Assembly: GCF_004010195.1 (NCBI RefSeq)
Contig: NW_025215381.1
Span: forward strand, 82,037 to 146,036
Direction: 5' to 3'
From: Chiloscyllium plagiosum
Taxonomy: Eukaryota
DNA length: 64,000 bases
Shown here piece by piece: positions 26,660-39,151 of this stretch. Under the pieces are notes generated by a model, which saw only the letters and a program-made list of their open reading frames with translations, was not told the origin of the DNA and ran no database searches. Position 1 is the first letter of the stretch, and every line of letters begins with the position of its first letter. The position numbers were made by a program, and so were the translations under genes.

Positions 26660-27115
26660 AAGAGGTAATGGAAGAGTTGTTGGGGCTGGAGCGGTTACAG
26701 ACATAGGGAAGGGTGTAGGTTCTGGAAATGATTACATAGGGAGGTGTTGGAAGACATCAGAGTGAAAGGAAGGGTTGGAGACACTGGAGCATGGTACAGA
26801 CATTGGGTGCATTCTAATTGCTGGAGGAAGTTACAGAGATAAGTTCAAGAGTAGCGGAAAGAAGGATGCAGAGATATGGAGAAGTGTATTGACAGGAGGT
26901 GGTTACAATGGTTGGGTGTGATCTAGAGTCTGGAGGGGTTTACAGAGATAAGGAAAAATTACAGAGATAAGGATGGGTTTCTTGGCTGTGGGAGGTTACA
27001 AGGTAGGGAGATGTGTCGGAGCTGGAGGAATTTACAGAAGTAGGGACGGGTATAGCAACTGGAGGATTTTACACAGGTAGGTGTGTTGGGGCTGGAGAGG
27101 TTTCAGAGATGGAGA
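26660..27115. repeat. Degenerate purine-rich minisatellite (ggctggaggaggttacagagataggg-like)
   Basis: Recurring ctggag..ttacagagata motifs. Confidence 0.7.
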
Positions 27116-27317
27116 AAGATGATTGATGCAAATTCTCAGGTCCCTCACTGAGCAGCTTCTTCCAACTCTTGGTGATTACTGGTGACTGGTTATGAGTGCC
27201 AAATACTGGGTATTGTCATCCGAAGGCACAAAGGATGGTTACAATCACATCACTGTACATCACCCATACACCACAATGTCTATGTCTCGAAGAGCTTTCT
27301 GCATTATGGAATATGAA

Positions 27318-28042
27318 CATAGAGTCATGGAGATACACAGCACGGAAATAGACCCTTTGGACCATCTCGTCCATTTCCACCAGATATCCCAACCTAATCC
27401 AATCCCATTGCCAGCACTTGGCCCATATCCCTCTAAACCCTTCCTATCCAGATGCCTTTTAAATGTTGCAATTGTACCAGCCTCCACCACTTCCTTTGGC
27501 AGCTCTCTGAGTGAAAATGTTGCCCCTTAGGTCGCTTTTGTAACTTTCCCCTCTTACCCTAAACCTATGCCCTCTAGTTCTGGACTCCCTGACCCCAGGG
27601 AAAAGACTTCATTTATTTCTCCTATCCATGCCCCTCTATGAGGTCACCCCTCAGCCTTCGATGCTGCAGAGAAAACATCTCCAGCCTATTCAACCTCTCC
27701 CTATGGCTGAAACCTCCATCCTGGCAACATCCTTGTAAATCTTTTCTGAACCCTTTTAATTTTCACAACATCCCTCCACTAGGAAGGAGACCAGAAATGC
27801 ACGCAATATTTCAAAAGTGGCCTAAGCAAGGTCCTGTACAACCACAACATGACCTCCCACCTCCTATAACTCAATGCTCTGACCAATAGAGGAAAGCATA
27901 CTAAATGCATCCTTCACTATTCTATCTATCTATCTGCGACTCTACTTTCAAAGAGCTATGAACCTGCGCTCCAAGGTCTCTTTATTCAGCAACACTTCCC
28001 AGGATCTTACCATTAAGTGTACATGTTCTACTAAGATTTCCT
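27318..28042 (-). mobile_element. CR1 LINE 3' fragment
   Basis: Reverse complement of the CR1 3' end (MVEAGTIATFKRHLD). Confidence 0.92.
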
Positions 28043-28447
28043 GAGAAAAATGAAGGTTTCCGTAATTCCCTGTTTGATCACGGTGAGGTCCATTGTATTG
28101 GACAGGTCAAAGTGTGACCTCACAGAAACAGTGTGACCTCACCATGTACATTGCAGAGAGAGACCTGACATCACAATCGGTTTGTAAACTGGCTTCCTCT
28201 AAGGCACGAGGCTGCACGTGGAAACACAGGGAAGGCAAATTCACTGCACTGACTGTGTCTCAGGCTGATCTGTCTGGGAGTGAGTGTGATCAAAGAGAAG
28301 ATCAAAACAGTTTCACTTCACAATGAGAGAACATGATGCTATGAAAAGACCATCAGCAAGGTGATTAGACAGAATATGGTGAAGTTTAAAAAGTTAGTCT
28401 AAAATTCTTCCTCTGCATTGATTGAGCATTTGGGTGGAATGGGGAAT

Positions 28448-28697
28448 TGGGCGGCACGCTGGCACAGTGGTTAACACTGCTGCCTCACCGCCTCAGGCAA
28501 CTGTCTATGTGGAGTTTGTACGTACTCCCTGTGTCTGTGTGGGTTTCCTCCCACAGTCCAAAAATGTGCTGGTTAGGTGAATTGGCCGTGCTAAATTGCC
28601 TGTAGTGTTAGGTGTAGGGGAATGGGCCTGGGTGGGTTGCTCTTTGGGGGCTTGGTGTGGACTTGTTGGGCTGTTTCCACTCTGTAAGTAATCTAAT
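28448..28697 (+). mobile_element. HE1-like V-SINE
   Basis: gggcggcacg.tggcacagtggttaacactgc head, V-domain, taagtaatctaat tail. Confidence 0.9.
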
Positions 28698-30154
28698 GTT
28701 CTGGAGATTGATTTTGAGGAAGTTGAGAACTTACTTAAACTGATAAGATATCTAAAACTGATTCTGAATGTGGAACAAAAACCTTAATCCCAAATGGCAT
28801 TATTTTCCACTGACCTAGGCAATCCCTAGATCTCTACCATTGAAGAGCATAAAGGGTGGGAAACACTGGACAGTAGAGACATGACATGCCATCAATTTGA
28901 AGGGAGCCTCACAAAGCTCAGTGACAATGCGAGAGGGAGGAAGACGGGAGGAGAAATTAAGGTGGAGAGGGATTGATTGAGGTGGAGCTGGATGTGAGAG
29001 ATTAGGATGGGAGAGGAATCTAATGGTGGGGATTATAGGGGAGGGCATTGTGGATAGTACAGAGATGATGCCCTACATCAAATCATAATTGTCCTCAATT
29101 CCACCAATATCACCAAGGGTGCCAATCTCAAGAGCTTGTGGAGAGGCTAACCATTCTCAGCATGGGGTTACGGTGCCCAATACTCGTCATCTTTAAAAAA
29201 TGTTTTAAAATTTGTTATTTACTTGGATGGAGGTAACCGTCTGTACCGTCTCCTGCAACTCTTCCTGCAGAAGCAGGTTTACAGTCATGACTGGGTTCAT
29301 TTGAAGGAGAATGATATATTTCCAGTTCAAGGAAAATGTCTCTTCCTTCGTTCAAGGTGGATTTATTTCCTGGGATGAATGAGAATGTGTTTCTGTGGAA
29401 TGGATTCAGAAACTGTGTTTTTATTTTGACATGATGTTCATTCTGCTGGGGAACACCATCCCGCTGCCATTGGTCTTGGTTTCTGTCACATTCTGTGACA
29501 TCCTGATCTTCCAATGGTGAACCTAAAGACTGGACTTACCCTCCAACCACTTCATTCACTTTAGTCAGTTAAATGCCTACACAGTGTATTCAATGTTTCC
29601 TGCCCTGCTTCTGTTGTAGTCAAATCCAAGATTCTTACTGAACATGGAATGTTTTCTCCTTCTCTCTGTTAAATAAAAAACATTGAAGCTCACGAGTCGT
29701 TCATTTTGCTCCGAACATAAGGTTATTTTTCTCTCTCATTATTCCAAAAGCAGGCTCAAATTCATTGATTTGTCTCAGGAGTCGATCATCTCGAGCTTTA
29801 TTGATTCAGCGTTTATGCTTTGAGCCAAGATCATGACAGCAAGAATTGTTGGAAGTTCTGATTCCTATCCTCTTGCTTTCACTGTCCAGATTGAGACTCC
29901 AGTTCATATTTCATCTACGATCAGTCTCCGCAGTGCGATTTCTCCCTCTCGGAAACCCTCGAGCCTATCACCAATTCTTCTTTGTCTAGTCTTCTGGATA
30001 AGAGGGCAAATTCTCTCTACATATCTCTCTGTTTTTCTCTCTGTTTCTCCCGCTGCTTACTTCAGGATCTATGCCAAAAGGATTCAGACTTCACACTGGA
30101 TAGTAACTTTCAGTCTCAATTTATCATAGCCTTGGAGGGGGAAAGGAGCAGTTA

Positions 30155-30688
30155 TAGAGTCATACATTCATAGAGATGTACAGCATGGAAACAGACCTGT
30201 CAGTCCAACCATCCATGCTGAACAGATATCCCAACACAATCTAGTCCCACCTGCCAGCACCCAGCCCATATCCTTATAAACCCTTCCTATTCATATACCC
30301 ATCCAAATGCCTTTTAAATGTTACAATTGTACCAGCCTCCACCACTTCCTCTGGTAGCTCATTCCATACACGAACCACCCTCTATGTGAAAAAAGTTGCC
30401 CCTTAGGTCCCTTTTATATCTTTCCCCTCTCACCCTAAACATACGCCCCTCTAGTTCTGGACTCCTCCACACAGGGAAAGGACCTTGTCTATTTATCCTA
30501 TCTATGCATCTTATGATTTTGTAAAACTCTATAAGGTCCCTCCTCAGCCTCTGACGCTCCAGGGAAAACAGCCCCAGTCTATTCAGCCTCTCCCTATAGC
30601 TCAAATTCTCCAACCCTGGCAACATCCTTGTAAATCTTTTCTGAACCCTTTCAAGTTTCACAACATCTTTCCGATAGGAAGGAGACCA
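30155..30688 (-). mobile_element. CR1 LINE 3' fragment
   Basis: Minus ORF WSPSYRKDVVKLERVQKRFTRMLPGL. Confidence 0.93.
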
Positions 30689-31564
30689 AGGGATCAAAGG
30701 GTTATGGGGGGCAAACCAGGAACAGGGGACTTTGATGGATAACCAGCACAGATCTTATTGAGTGGGGAAGCGGTCAGAGAGGTGAAAGAGCCTACTCCTG
30801 CTCATTTTAACGATATTTCTACACCCAAAGTGAGGGTTGTTAGCAGAATGAAAAGGAGTTCTGCTCCAAAGTAGGCACACAGGATAGATACAGTGCAGAA
30901 GCAGGCCATCAAGTCACATCCTTCCTGTTTCTTGAAAACACAGACAGTCTCAACCTCGTTTTGAGCATTTCAGCCCCAGCCCAGCCTCCATCACATCCAA
31001 GCTTCACATTCCAGACTAGAACCACCCTCTGAGCCAGAGAAAGGTGTCCTTGTCTCATTGAATTATGGCCTTTTTGTTCTCAATCGTTCTAGAATCCGGG
31101 AGAATTTCTGCACCTCCCTCTCCCCAGCCATGTGATTTTTGAATAACTCTCCTCAAAGGCTCCTGTCTGGCTTCCACTCCGACAAGCAATGAACCTCCCA
31201 AAACGCAGAAATCCTATGGCGCAAAGAAAGGCCATTCGGCCTATCCAGTCTGAGCCAACCCCTCTGAAAAAGATCCCACCCAGACCCAATTCCCATAATC
31301 CCACATGGGATTTTTTTTAAAAAACCATGGCTAAGCCACCCAACCTGCACCCGTCCAATCTATGCACTCCACTCAAGTTCCTCATGCCTGGGATCGCTCT
31401 TGTTAAAAAACACTAACAAACTGGTGGAAAATCTCAACATCTGCGCAGAGAAGGCAGAATTAACATTTCAGGTCCAGTGACCTTCCTTTGAGAACTGATG
31501 ACAGCTGGGAAAATTTACCAACTGACATCTGGCATGGAGGAAAAGAAAGGAATAATTTCGAAAG

Positions 31565-32985
31565 AAAGTGATCGAAATGGAGGAATGTTACCAAGGGAAG
31601 ATATTTAATTGGGGAAAAGGAAATTATGATGCTATCAGACAGGAGTTGGGAAATACAGACTGGGAGCAATTGTTCCACAGAAAGGGCACAGCAGACATGT
31701 GGAGATTATTTAAGGGGCAGTTGTTGCGAGTGATGCACGAATTTGTTCCTATGAGACAGATAAGCTGGGGTAAGGTTAAGGAACCTTGGATGATGAGAAC
31801 AGGAGCTTCTCGTCAAAGAAACCACTTTATGTAAGGTGGAGGAAGCAAGGATCTAGCACAGCTTTAGAGGATTACAGGCTTGCTGGAAAGGAGCTCAGAA
31901 ATGGACTGAGGAGAGCCAGGAGGGGGCACGGAAAAGGCTTGTCCAGAAGGATTAGGGAGAACTCAAAGGCATTTTATTCATATGTGAGGAATAAGAGAAT
32001 AATGAGGGAGAAGGTAGGACTGATCAGGCATAGCAGAGGGAACTTGTGCGTGGAGTCTGAGCAGGTAGGGGAAGTCCTAAATTAATTTTTTCTTTCAGTT
32101 TTCACCAAGGAAAGGGACCTTGTTGTGAATGAAAACTTTGAGGAGCTGGGATAAAGTCTTGACCAGATCAAGATTAATGAAGTTGATGTGCTAGAAATTT
32201 TGGAAAACATTAAGATTGAATAGACCCCATGGCCAGACCAGATTTATCCTAGGCTGCTCTGGGAAGTGAGAAAGGAGGTTGCTAAGCCGCTGGCGAGGAT
32301 ATTTGTCTCCTCACTCTCCACGGGAGTTGTACTGTAGGATTGGAAGGAGGCGAATGTTGTTCCTCTTTTCAAGAAGGGTAATAGGGAAATCCCTGGCAAT
32401 TACAGACAAGTCAGTCTTATGTCTGTGGTCAGCAAAGTTTTGGAAAGAATTCTGAGGGATAGGATTTATGACTATTTGGCAAAGCATATTGTGATTAAAG
32501 GCAGTCAGCATGGATTTGTGAGGGGCAGGTCATGCCTCACAAATCTTATTGAGTACTTTGAGGATGTGACGAGACAGGTCAAAGAAGGTCAAGCAGTGGA
32601 TGTGGTGTATGTGGACTTCCGAAAGGCATTTGATAGGGTTCCCCATGGTAGACTCATTCATAAAGTCAGGAAGTATGGGATACACGGAGATTTGGCTATC
32701 TGAATTCAGAATTGGTTGGCTGGCAGAAGGCCCAGAGAGTGGTTGTAGATGTAAAGTATTCTGCCTGGAGATCAGTGTTGAGTGGGGTCCCACAGGGCTC
32801 TGTTCTTGGGCCCCTGCTCTTTGGAAAGTTTTATAAATGACTTCGATAAGGAGGTTGAGGAGTGGGTTAGTAAATTTACAGATGACACAAAGGTTGGAGG
32901 AGCTATCGATAGTATCGAGGGCTACTGCAGGCTGCAGCGTGACATAGACATGGCAGATGGAGTTCAACCTGGATAAATGTGAAGT
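31565..32985 (+). mobile_element. CR1 LINE internal ORF2 fragment (third subfamily)
   Basis: FNWGKGNYDAIRQEL, SQHGFVRGRSCLTNL and KFTDDTK, with stops. Confidence 0.9.
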
Positions 32986-33401
32986 CTTTTTGTTGGTATT
33001 GTTGTTGTTAAGTGTATTATTGCTAAAATATTAGTTTCTGTTGACAACATTGGGTTCCACCCAAAATATGTTTCTTCTCCACTTAGATGATGATGAGGAA
33101 GCATCATCGCCTGCCCCGTTTTCTCTTCGAAGGAAGAGAAAGTATTGCAGTCTTTCGCTGCTATCGAATTGGAGTAATTTGATCCATGCCTTTATGATGT
33201 GGTCATAGAATAACCAAAGTGGGGAATGAGGATCTAAAATTTAAATTTAGGCTGTTGTCAGAAGCAACAAGTATATATAAATTTTTATTAACCACAAAAT
33301 GTCTTTTCAATTTAAAATAACACAACAATATGGCTGCAAGTAATGATTTGACTCTGTGAACTTGAACTGATGCTTTACTAAGTTGATTGTATTTAGAGAT
33401 A

Positions 33402-33611
33402 GGAGAAAGTGAGGACTGCAGATGCTGGAGATCGGAGCTGAAAATGTGTTGCTGGATGCTGCAGCAGGTCAGGCAGCATCCAAGGAGCAGGAGAATCGAC
33501 GCTTCGGGCATCAACCCTGCTTCAGGAAGGGCTATGCCCGAAACGTCGATTCTCCTGCTCCTTGGATGCTGCCTGACCTGCTGCACTTTTCCAGCAACAC
33601 ATTTTCAGCTC
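33402..33611. repeat. Head-to-head inverted pair of Penelope terminal-repeat copies (about 85-bp arms)
   Basis: 33435-33515 is nearly the reverse complement of 33528-33611; atttagagata occurs on both sides. Confidence 0.9.
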
Positions 33612-33729
33612 TGCATTTAGAGATAAGAAAAAGCAATGGCGTTTTCATAATATAAATCATAAGACAGTGATTTAGTATTCAAACTAACCTCGAACTGCTC
33701 CCAGGACATGACGATTTACGTAATTAAGA

Positions 33730-33985
33730 TCCTCACAGTACCAGGGTCCCAGATTCAATTCTGGCCTCGGACAACTCTCTATGTATGGTTCTCCCCATGC
33801 CTGCATGGGTTTCCTCCCACAATCCAAAGATGTGCAGGTCAGAAGAATTGGCCATGTTAAATTGCCCATAGTGTTAGCTGTATTAGTCAGAGGGAAATGG
33901 GTCTGGGTGGGTTATTCTTCGGAGTGTTAGTGTGGACTTGTTGGGCCAAAGGGCCTGTTGCCAAACTGTAGGGAATCTATTCTAA
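33730..33985 (+). mobile_element. HE1-like V-SINE
   Basis: Box B remnant, V-domain and CR1-like tail. Confidence 0.85.
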
Positions 33986-34437
33986 AAGAAAATTACAGTT
34001 GATTTGACTTTTCTTGTTATTATGAGCCTTTTCTAAGGAAATATCATTGGATTATCCATGCCTTTATGATGTGGTCATATAATGACCAAATAGTGGAATC
34101 AGGATCTAAAATTTGAATTTAGGTTGTTGTCAGAAGCAACAAGCATATATGTAGATTTTTATTACCCACAAAATGTCTTTTCAACTTACAATTAACACAA
34201 CAAAATGGCTTATTATGTCACCTTATTATATGTGATAATATATCTCTTAAAAAAACATATAAATAATGTGTAATTTTTGAATATAATTGTGCCATTTCTC
34301 CATGGAACACAGACGTTTTTAAGCTCTGTGTTGCTGGACAAATCTACGCCAGGCTGCCATAATTTATTAAACTGGTAAGCTTTCTATAAACAGACCATAC
34401 TCCTAGTAATTCTTTTGACCGGTCCCGAGACCGAGAA

Positions 34438-34912
34438 GCCCTGCAAGGGGGTCTAGAGCAAATTCCCATGCAAGGACTGCACAAAACACTATATAGGACA
34501 AACAGGAAGACAGCTAATGATCTGAATCCACGAACATCAACTAGCCACGAAACGACACGACCAGCTATCCCGAGTAGCCACACACGTAGCCGACAAGCAA
34601 CATGAATTTGACTGGGACAACACTACCATTATAGGGCAAGCGAAACAAAGAACAGCCAGGGAATTCCTCGAAGCATGGCACTCATCCACAAACTCCATCA
34701 ACAAACACATCGACCTGGACCCAATATACCGGCCACTACAGCGGACATCTGAAACTGACAACCGGAAGCGGCAGGGACAGGCCACTATAAATGCCGGAGG
34801 AAACACCACAGAAGCGCTTCACAGGAGGCTCCCAAGCACTGAGGATGTCACCTAGACAGGGGATGAAACGTTTGCAACAAAACTTTCCAGCTCAGCGAAC
34901 AGAACCACAGCA
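34438..34912 (+). mobile_element. Penelope-like element 3' end (GIY-YIG endonuclease C-terminal part plus terminal repeat)
   Basis: Manual translation YIGQTGRQL..IHEHQLATKRHD...HEFDWDNTTIIGQAKQRTAREFLEAWHS..SINKHIDLDPIY. Confidence 0.88.
34836..34875 (+). ncRNA. Minimal hammerhead ribozyme motif in a Penelope terminal repeat
   Basis: GCA-CUGAGGA-U-[GUCACC..GGGGAU]-GAAAC-GUU-UGC; stem I GCA/UGC. Confidence 0.65.
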
Positions 34913-35379
34913 TTAACTTCTGCTTTCTCTCCACAGATGCTGCCAGATCTGTTGAGTTTCTCCATCAATTTTGGATGGAGGGAACTATCTAACAGCATAG
35001 TGAACAAAGTTTAAATCCCAGAGAAAAGTCATCAAATGCTAGGCAGGGTATCAACTGACCTGAGCCTGGAGTGAAATCAAACAATTCAATGTAAAATTAA
35101 AGAATAAAGATGGTGATGTAAAGTGGAAAGATAATAAGTCAAAAGGGCAAGACTGTTGTCAAACACAGCAATCAAACTTAACTTTCACTAATTAGGGCTG
35201 TTGTTAGTTAGTAACAGGGTCCAGGACCTTGAACAACTGTTCTGAAGTAAACTTGGCACTTTGTACCAAAGATGCATGGCTGGATAGTGATAAAAGCATT
35301 ATGGAACAGAATACAGTTGATCAAGACTTTTATATTAGCAATGGCTATACACAGAATCCCCATGCCTGCACTATGATAA

Positions 35380-35568
35380 TGTGTATGGTTTGAGCTGCCA
35401 GAGGAAGTGGCAGAGACTGATACAATTATAACATTTAAAAGGCATCCAGATGGATATACGAACAGAACGAGTTCAGAGGGATAAGGGACAAATTCTGGCA
35501 AATGGGACTAGCTTGGTTGAGCATGGATAAGTCGGACCAAAGGGTCTGTTCTATGCTGTATGACTCTA
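35380..35568 (+). mobile_element. CR1 3' tail fragment
   Basis: gagctgccagaggaagtgg...tgctgtatgactcta. Confidence 0.85.
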
Positions 35569-35569
35569 A

Positions 35570-35897
35570 AAAGCCACCATTTCGACTGGGACAACACATC
35601 CATCCTGTGACGCGCTAAACAAAGGCATGCCAGAGAATTCCTAGAGGCCTGACACTCCAACTACAACGCCATAACAAACACATAGGTCTAGATGCCATCT
35701 ATCAACCCCTCCGAAAACAAACAGGAAATGACATCACCACAAACCCCAGGAACCCCATCCAGGACAAACATATAAATAGAAAGCAGGAGACATCAGCTTC
35801 GCTTCACTTGGAGGTCGCCACTGATGATGTTACCTAGCCAGGTAATGAAACGTCTGGATATCAAACCTACAGCTCAGCGAGCAAACCTACACCCTAA
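35570..35897 (+). mobile_element. Second Penelope-like 3' fragment (related subfamily)
   Basis: HHFDWDNTSIL..AKQRHAREFLEA is homologous to 34600-34740 and is followed by a similar terminal repeat. Confidence 0.85.
35818..35857 (+). ncRNA. Minimal hammerhead ribozyme motif
   Basis: CCA-CUGAUGA-U-[GUUACCU agcc AGGUAAU]-GAAAC-GUC-UGG; 7-bp stem II, stem I CCA/UGG, GUC triplet. Confidence 0.75.
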
Positions 35898-36889
35898 GGC
35901 TGAGTCTGGTTGGACTCAGTCAATTAGATGCTAATACAACAGGCCATGGTGTTGCTCTGCACCACTCAGACTGTACCACTGTATGACTCTATGCCCATTC
36001 CTAATTGCCCAGAGGGTGGGTAAGAGTTAGCCAAAAATCTGAAAGAACTGCAGAGGCTGGGAAAAAAAACACAGCAGGTCTGTTGGTATCTGAGGAGAGA
36101 AATCAGAGTTAAGATTTCAGGTCCAGTTGGCAAAAGTGAGGACTGCAGATACTGGAAATCAGAGTCTAGGTTAGAGTGGTGCTGGAATTTTGTGCAACGT
36201 CCCCGTTCTTTTATTTTCTGTCAATAAAATTGTTTCAAAACCTTAGCATGCAACTAGCTTCTTATGTTCTGCGCTGGACAGCACACTCAACAAAGGATTT
36301 AAGGATTCATGGAGATTTATCTCAGTGTTTCTGTGGATGAAGGATTTTAAACAAAACGTTGGGTAAAATGTAGATAATTCCTTCTGCATCCAAGTATTAA
36401 GAGTTAGATACGATTATGTAGATGAAATGTTATCACCAAATTGAATGAATCTATAAATAATTCACTTAGATACAGTCGATGATCTCTTGAAGAATTGCGT
36501 TCTGATTTACATCCTGTAACGATAGTGAATATTACGTCATGGTAAAGCAATCTCTTTTCTTGTTGGTTTTTCTTGCACCTCGTGTTTAATGAGAAACTTT
36601 CTGCTTTGGCTGTGTAGAGTCACCTGCAAGAGATTTGGGTCGGAATCATCGTCCCATGAAGAGGAGACTGCGAGGTAGATCAAGCCTTTGCGTGGAGGAA
36701 ATGAGGCAGACGTAGAAATGGACAAGCGACCTGAAAGCGAGCTGTGGGAGGCAGAAGAGAAAGAGGAAAAGATGGAGCCGACTGATCACTTTTATCACAA
36801 ATCCTAAACCTCAAGAGGTGGGAATGCCTTTCTTCCTGTTCGGCCTCTCCAGCCCGTTCTGTCATTTGCTAGGATCCGAAATTCCTCAC

Positions 36890-37222
36890 GTTCACTTTCC
36901 TAACCTTTCCCTGTAAACTTTGATTCCCCGACGGATCAAGAATCTATCTGTCTCAGCCTGAAAAATGTACAAGGCCTCTGTCCCACAGCTCTAGGTGGCA
37001 AGGAGTTCCAAAGACTCATGGCCCTCTAAGAGGAGAAATTCCTCCTCATCTCAGTCTTCAGTTGGTGCTCCTTTCTTCTGAGACTGTGTCCTCTGGTTCT
37101 AGACTCTCCCATGAGAGGAAACATTCTGTCAACATTTGCCCTGTCAAACTCCTTAAGAATCCTGTGTGTCTCAATGACATCACCTCTCTAAACTCCAGTG
37201 ATTAGAGTTCCAACCTGGTTAA
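36890..37222 (-). mobile_element. Old CR1 3' fragment
   Basis: gagttccaaagactc...gaaattcctcctcatctcagtc...ctggttctagactctccc. Confidence 0.75.
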
Positions 37223-39151
37223 TATTTATAATGACACCTTAGTTCATTGTCACATTGATGATCTGTAGGTCACTCGGTTCTACGATCGGTCAATTAATAC
37301 ATCTATAAACGACTCTTTGGCTAACAGCCAAACAATCGTTTATTGTATGTTATAGCTCTGGGATGGCAGACTCTGATTCGCCCAGAAGTATGAAAACCTT
37401 TTGGTAATTAAAAGAATCTAACAACCTTGCAGAGCTTGCATAAGGTTTATATACATTATTCATCATCTGACATGGAGCATGATTACATAGTAACAACTAT
37501 CCATGGTATTCATGGATAGTTGCTCGAACCAATGATATTGATTAAGTCATAATGGTTTATGTCACCTTTACAAAGATTTGCAGCTTGCTAAATGTGGTTT
37601 AGTATTTCCTCTATGAGGACTCGCAGCTTGCAAAGCATGGTTGGTTATTTATATAGCTTTAGAGACTAATTGTAGGTAGTCACGTAGCGCGGAGAACCAT
37701 TTTGTCTCTAAGTGCAATTTAGAATTAACCGTTATTTCTGTTTTTTTATTGGAATTACATCAGTCTGCAGTTTCTTGTTTCTTTCTGGTTCAGTGCAATC
37801 TAATTTAGCAATGCAGAAGCCATTTTGTGCAGCTCTTTTATGCACTTTGTCCTACCTCCCAGAGGTCCATATCCTCAATTTCCCAATCGTGGAGAAAGTG
37901 AGGACTGCAGATGCTGGACATCAGAGTCAAAAAGTGTGGTGTTGAAAAAGCCCAGCCGGTCAGGCAGCATCTGAGGAGCAGGAGAATCCTCATTTCGAGC
38001 ATACATTCTTCATCAGGAATGTGTCAATCCTACCCATAAGGAACCTATTAGACTCAAAACTGTTCATTTTTTTACTTGGTTTCACGGTCAACATGGGAGC
38101 TAAATATAGACAAATTATTCTTTATTAAGAGCTGGAATAGCAGCTTTAATTTCTAGACTCTGCTCTCTACAGCTCCATATTACTCAACTATCAGAAATCA
38201 ACCTTTCTTTTCTGCTTTATCTCATTCTGCTTCATATTTTGGGAAAAAAACTGTCTTTTGAGATGGTAAGGTCCAGACTTCACAATCTGAGTTTGGACGA
38301 TCTCTGAACTTTTGGAGTAAATCAAGTCCTGAGCGTCAAAGACCAGTGTATCTTTAGAAGGTGTGTTTGACAGAAGAGATGATGATATTGTCACTGGGCT
38401 TGAAGCAGAGCTTTATAAAGCAGGGCCAGTCTCTCGATCCTAATCTGCTTGTCTATTGTAATGAGCAGCATTGCATTAGCTCAGCAATTTATCTTCATCC
38501 TCCCCAATCTCCCCCTATCTCACTCCCCTGTCACTCCTCACTGATCTGGATTAGGTGTGACAGGTTAAATGAATGGTCTTTCGTGTTGTAGGAAAGGGAA
38601 AGAGAACCTGTTGCTATCAATGGTGCTTGCAGTCCCTCCCTGCTTCCCCATTTTGTTTCCGGAGTAATTCCTGGCCTGTTTGGCTCACTAGTTCTCTGGG
38701 ACCAAAATGAAGAAGGACAAAGTCTGCTTACTCAGGTGTTGCATCTTCTTCAGACTATTTGCCACTCCCCTGCTGTGGATTTCCATCCTGCAGCTCCAAC
38801 ACGACTTATTCATCAGGACCCTCAACCCCATGCTCACACTGACGTCCCACGGTGACACCATGGCGTCGAGTCATGGTGGCAAGCAATGTCTGAGGTCAGA
38901 AAGGAGGGAGAAATAGGAAGACGGAGGGAGGAGGAAGAAACAGAGTGATGGTGAGGCTGAGGTGGAGCCAGAGAGTTGGACTGGAGATGGAAATAATGGG
39001 AGAGAGGGCAGGGCAGAGAACAAGAGAAAAGAATCAGAGAATCACTCCTGTGTCAAAGGAGGTCGTTCAGCCCATCATATGACTACTAGCTCTATCATTT
39101 CATGCCAATCCACTGTCTTTGGTCCATATCCCTGCATGTCATTGCTCCCCG

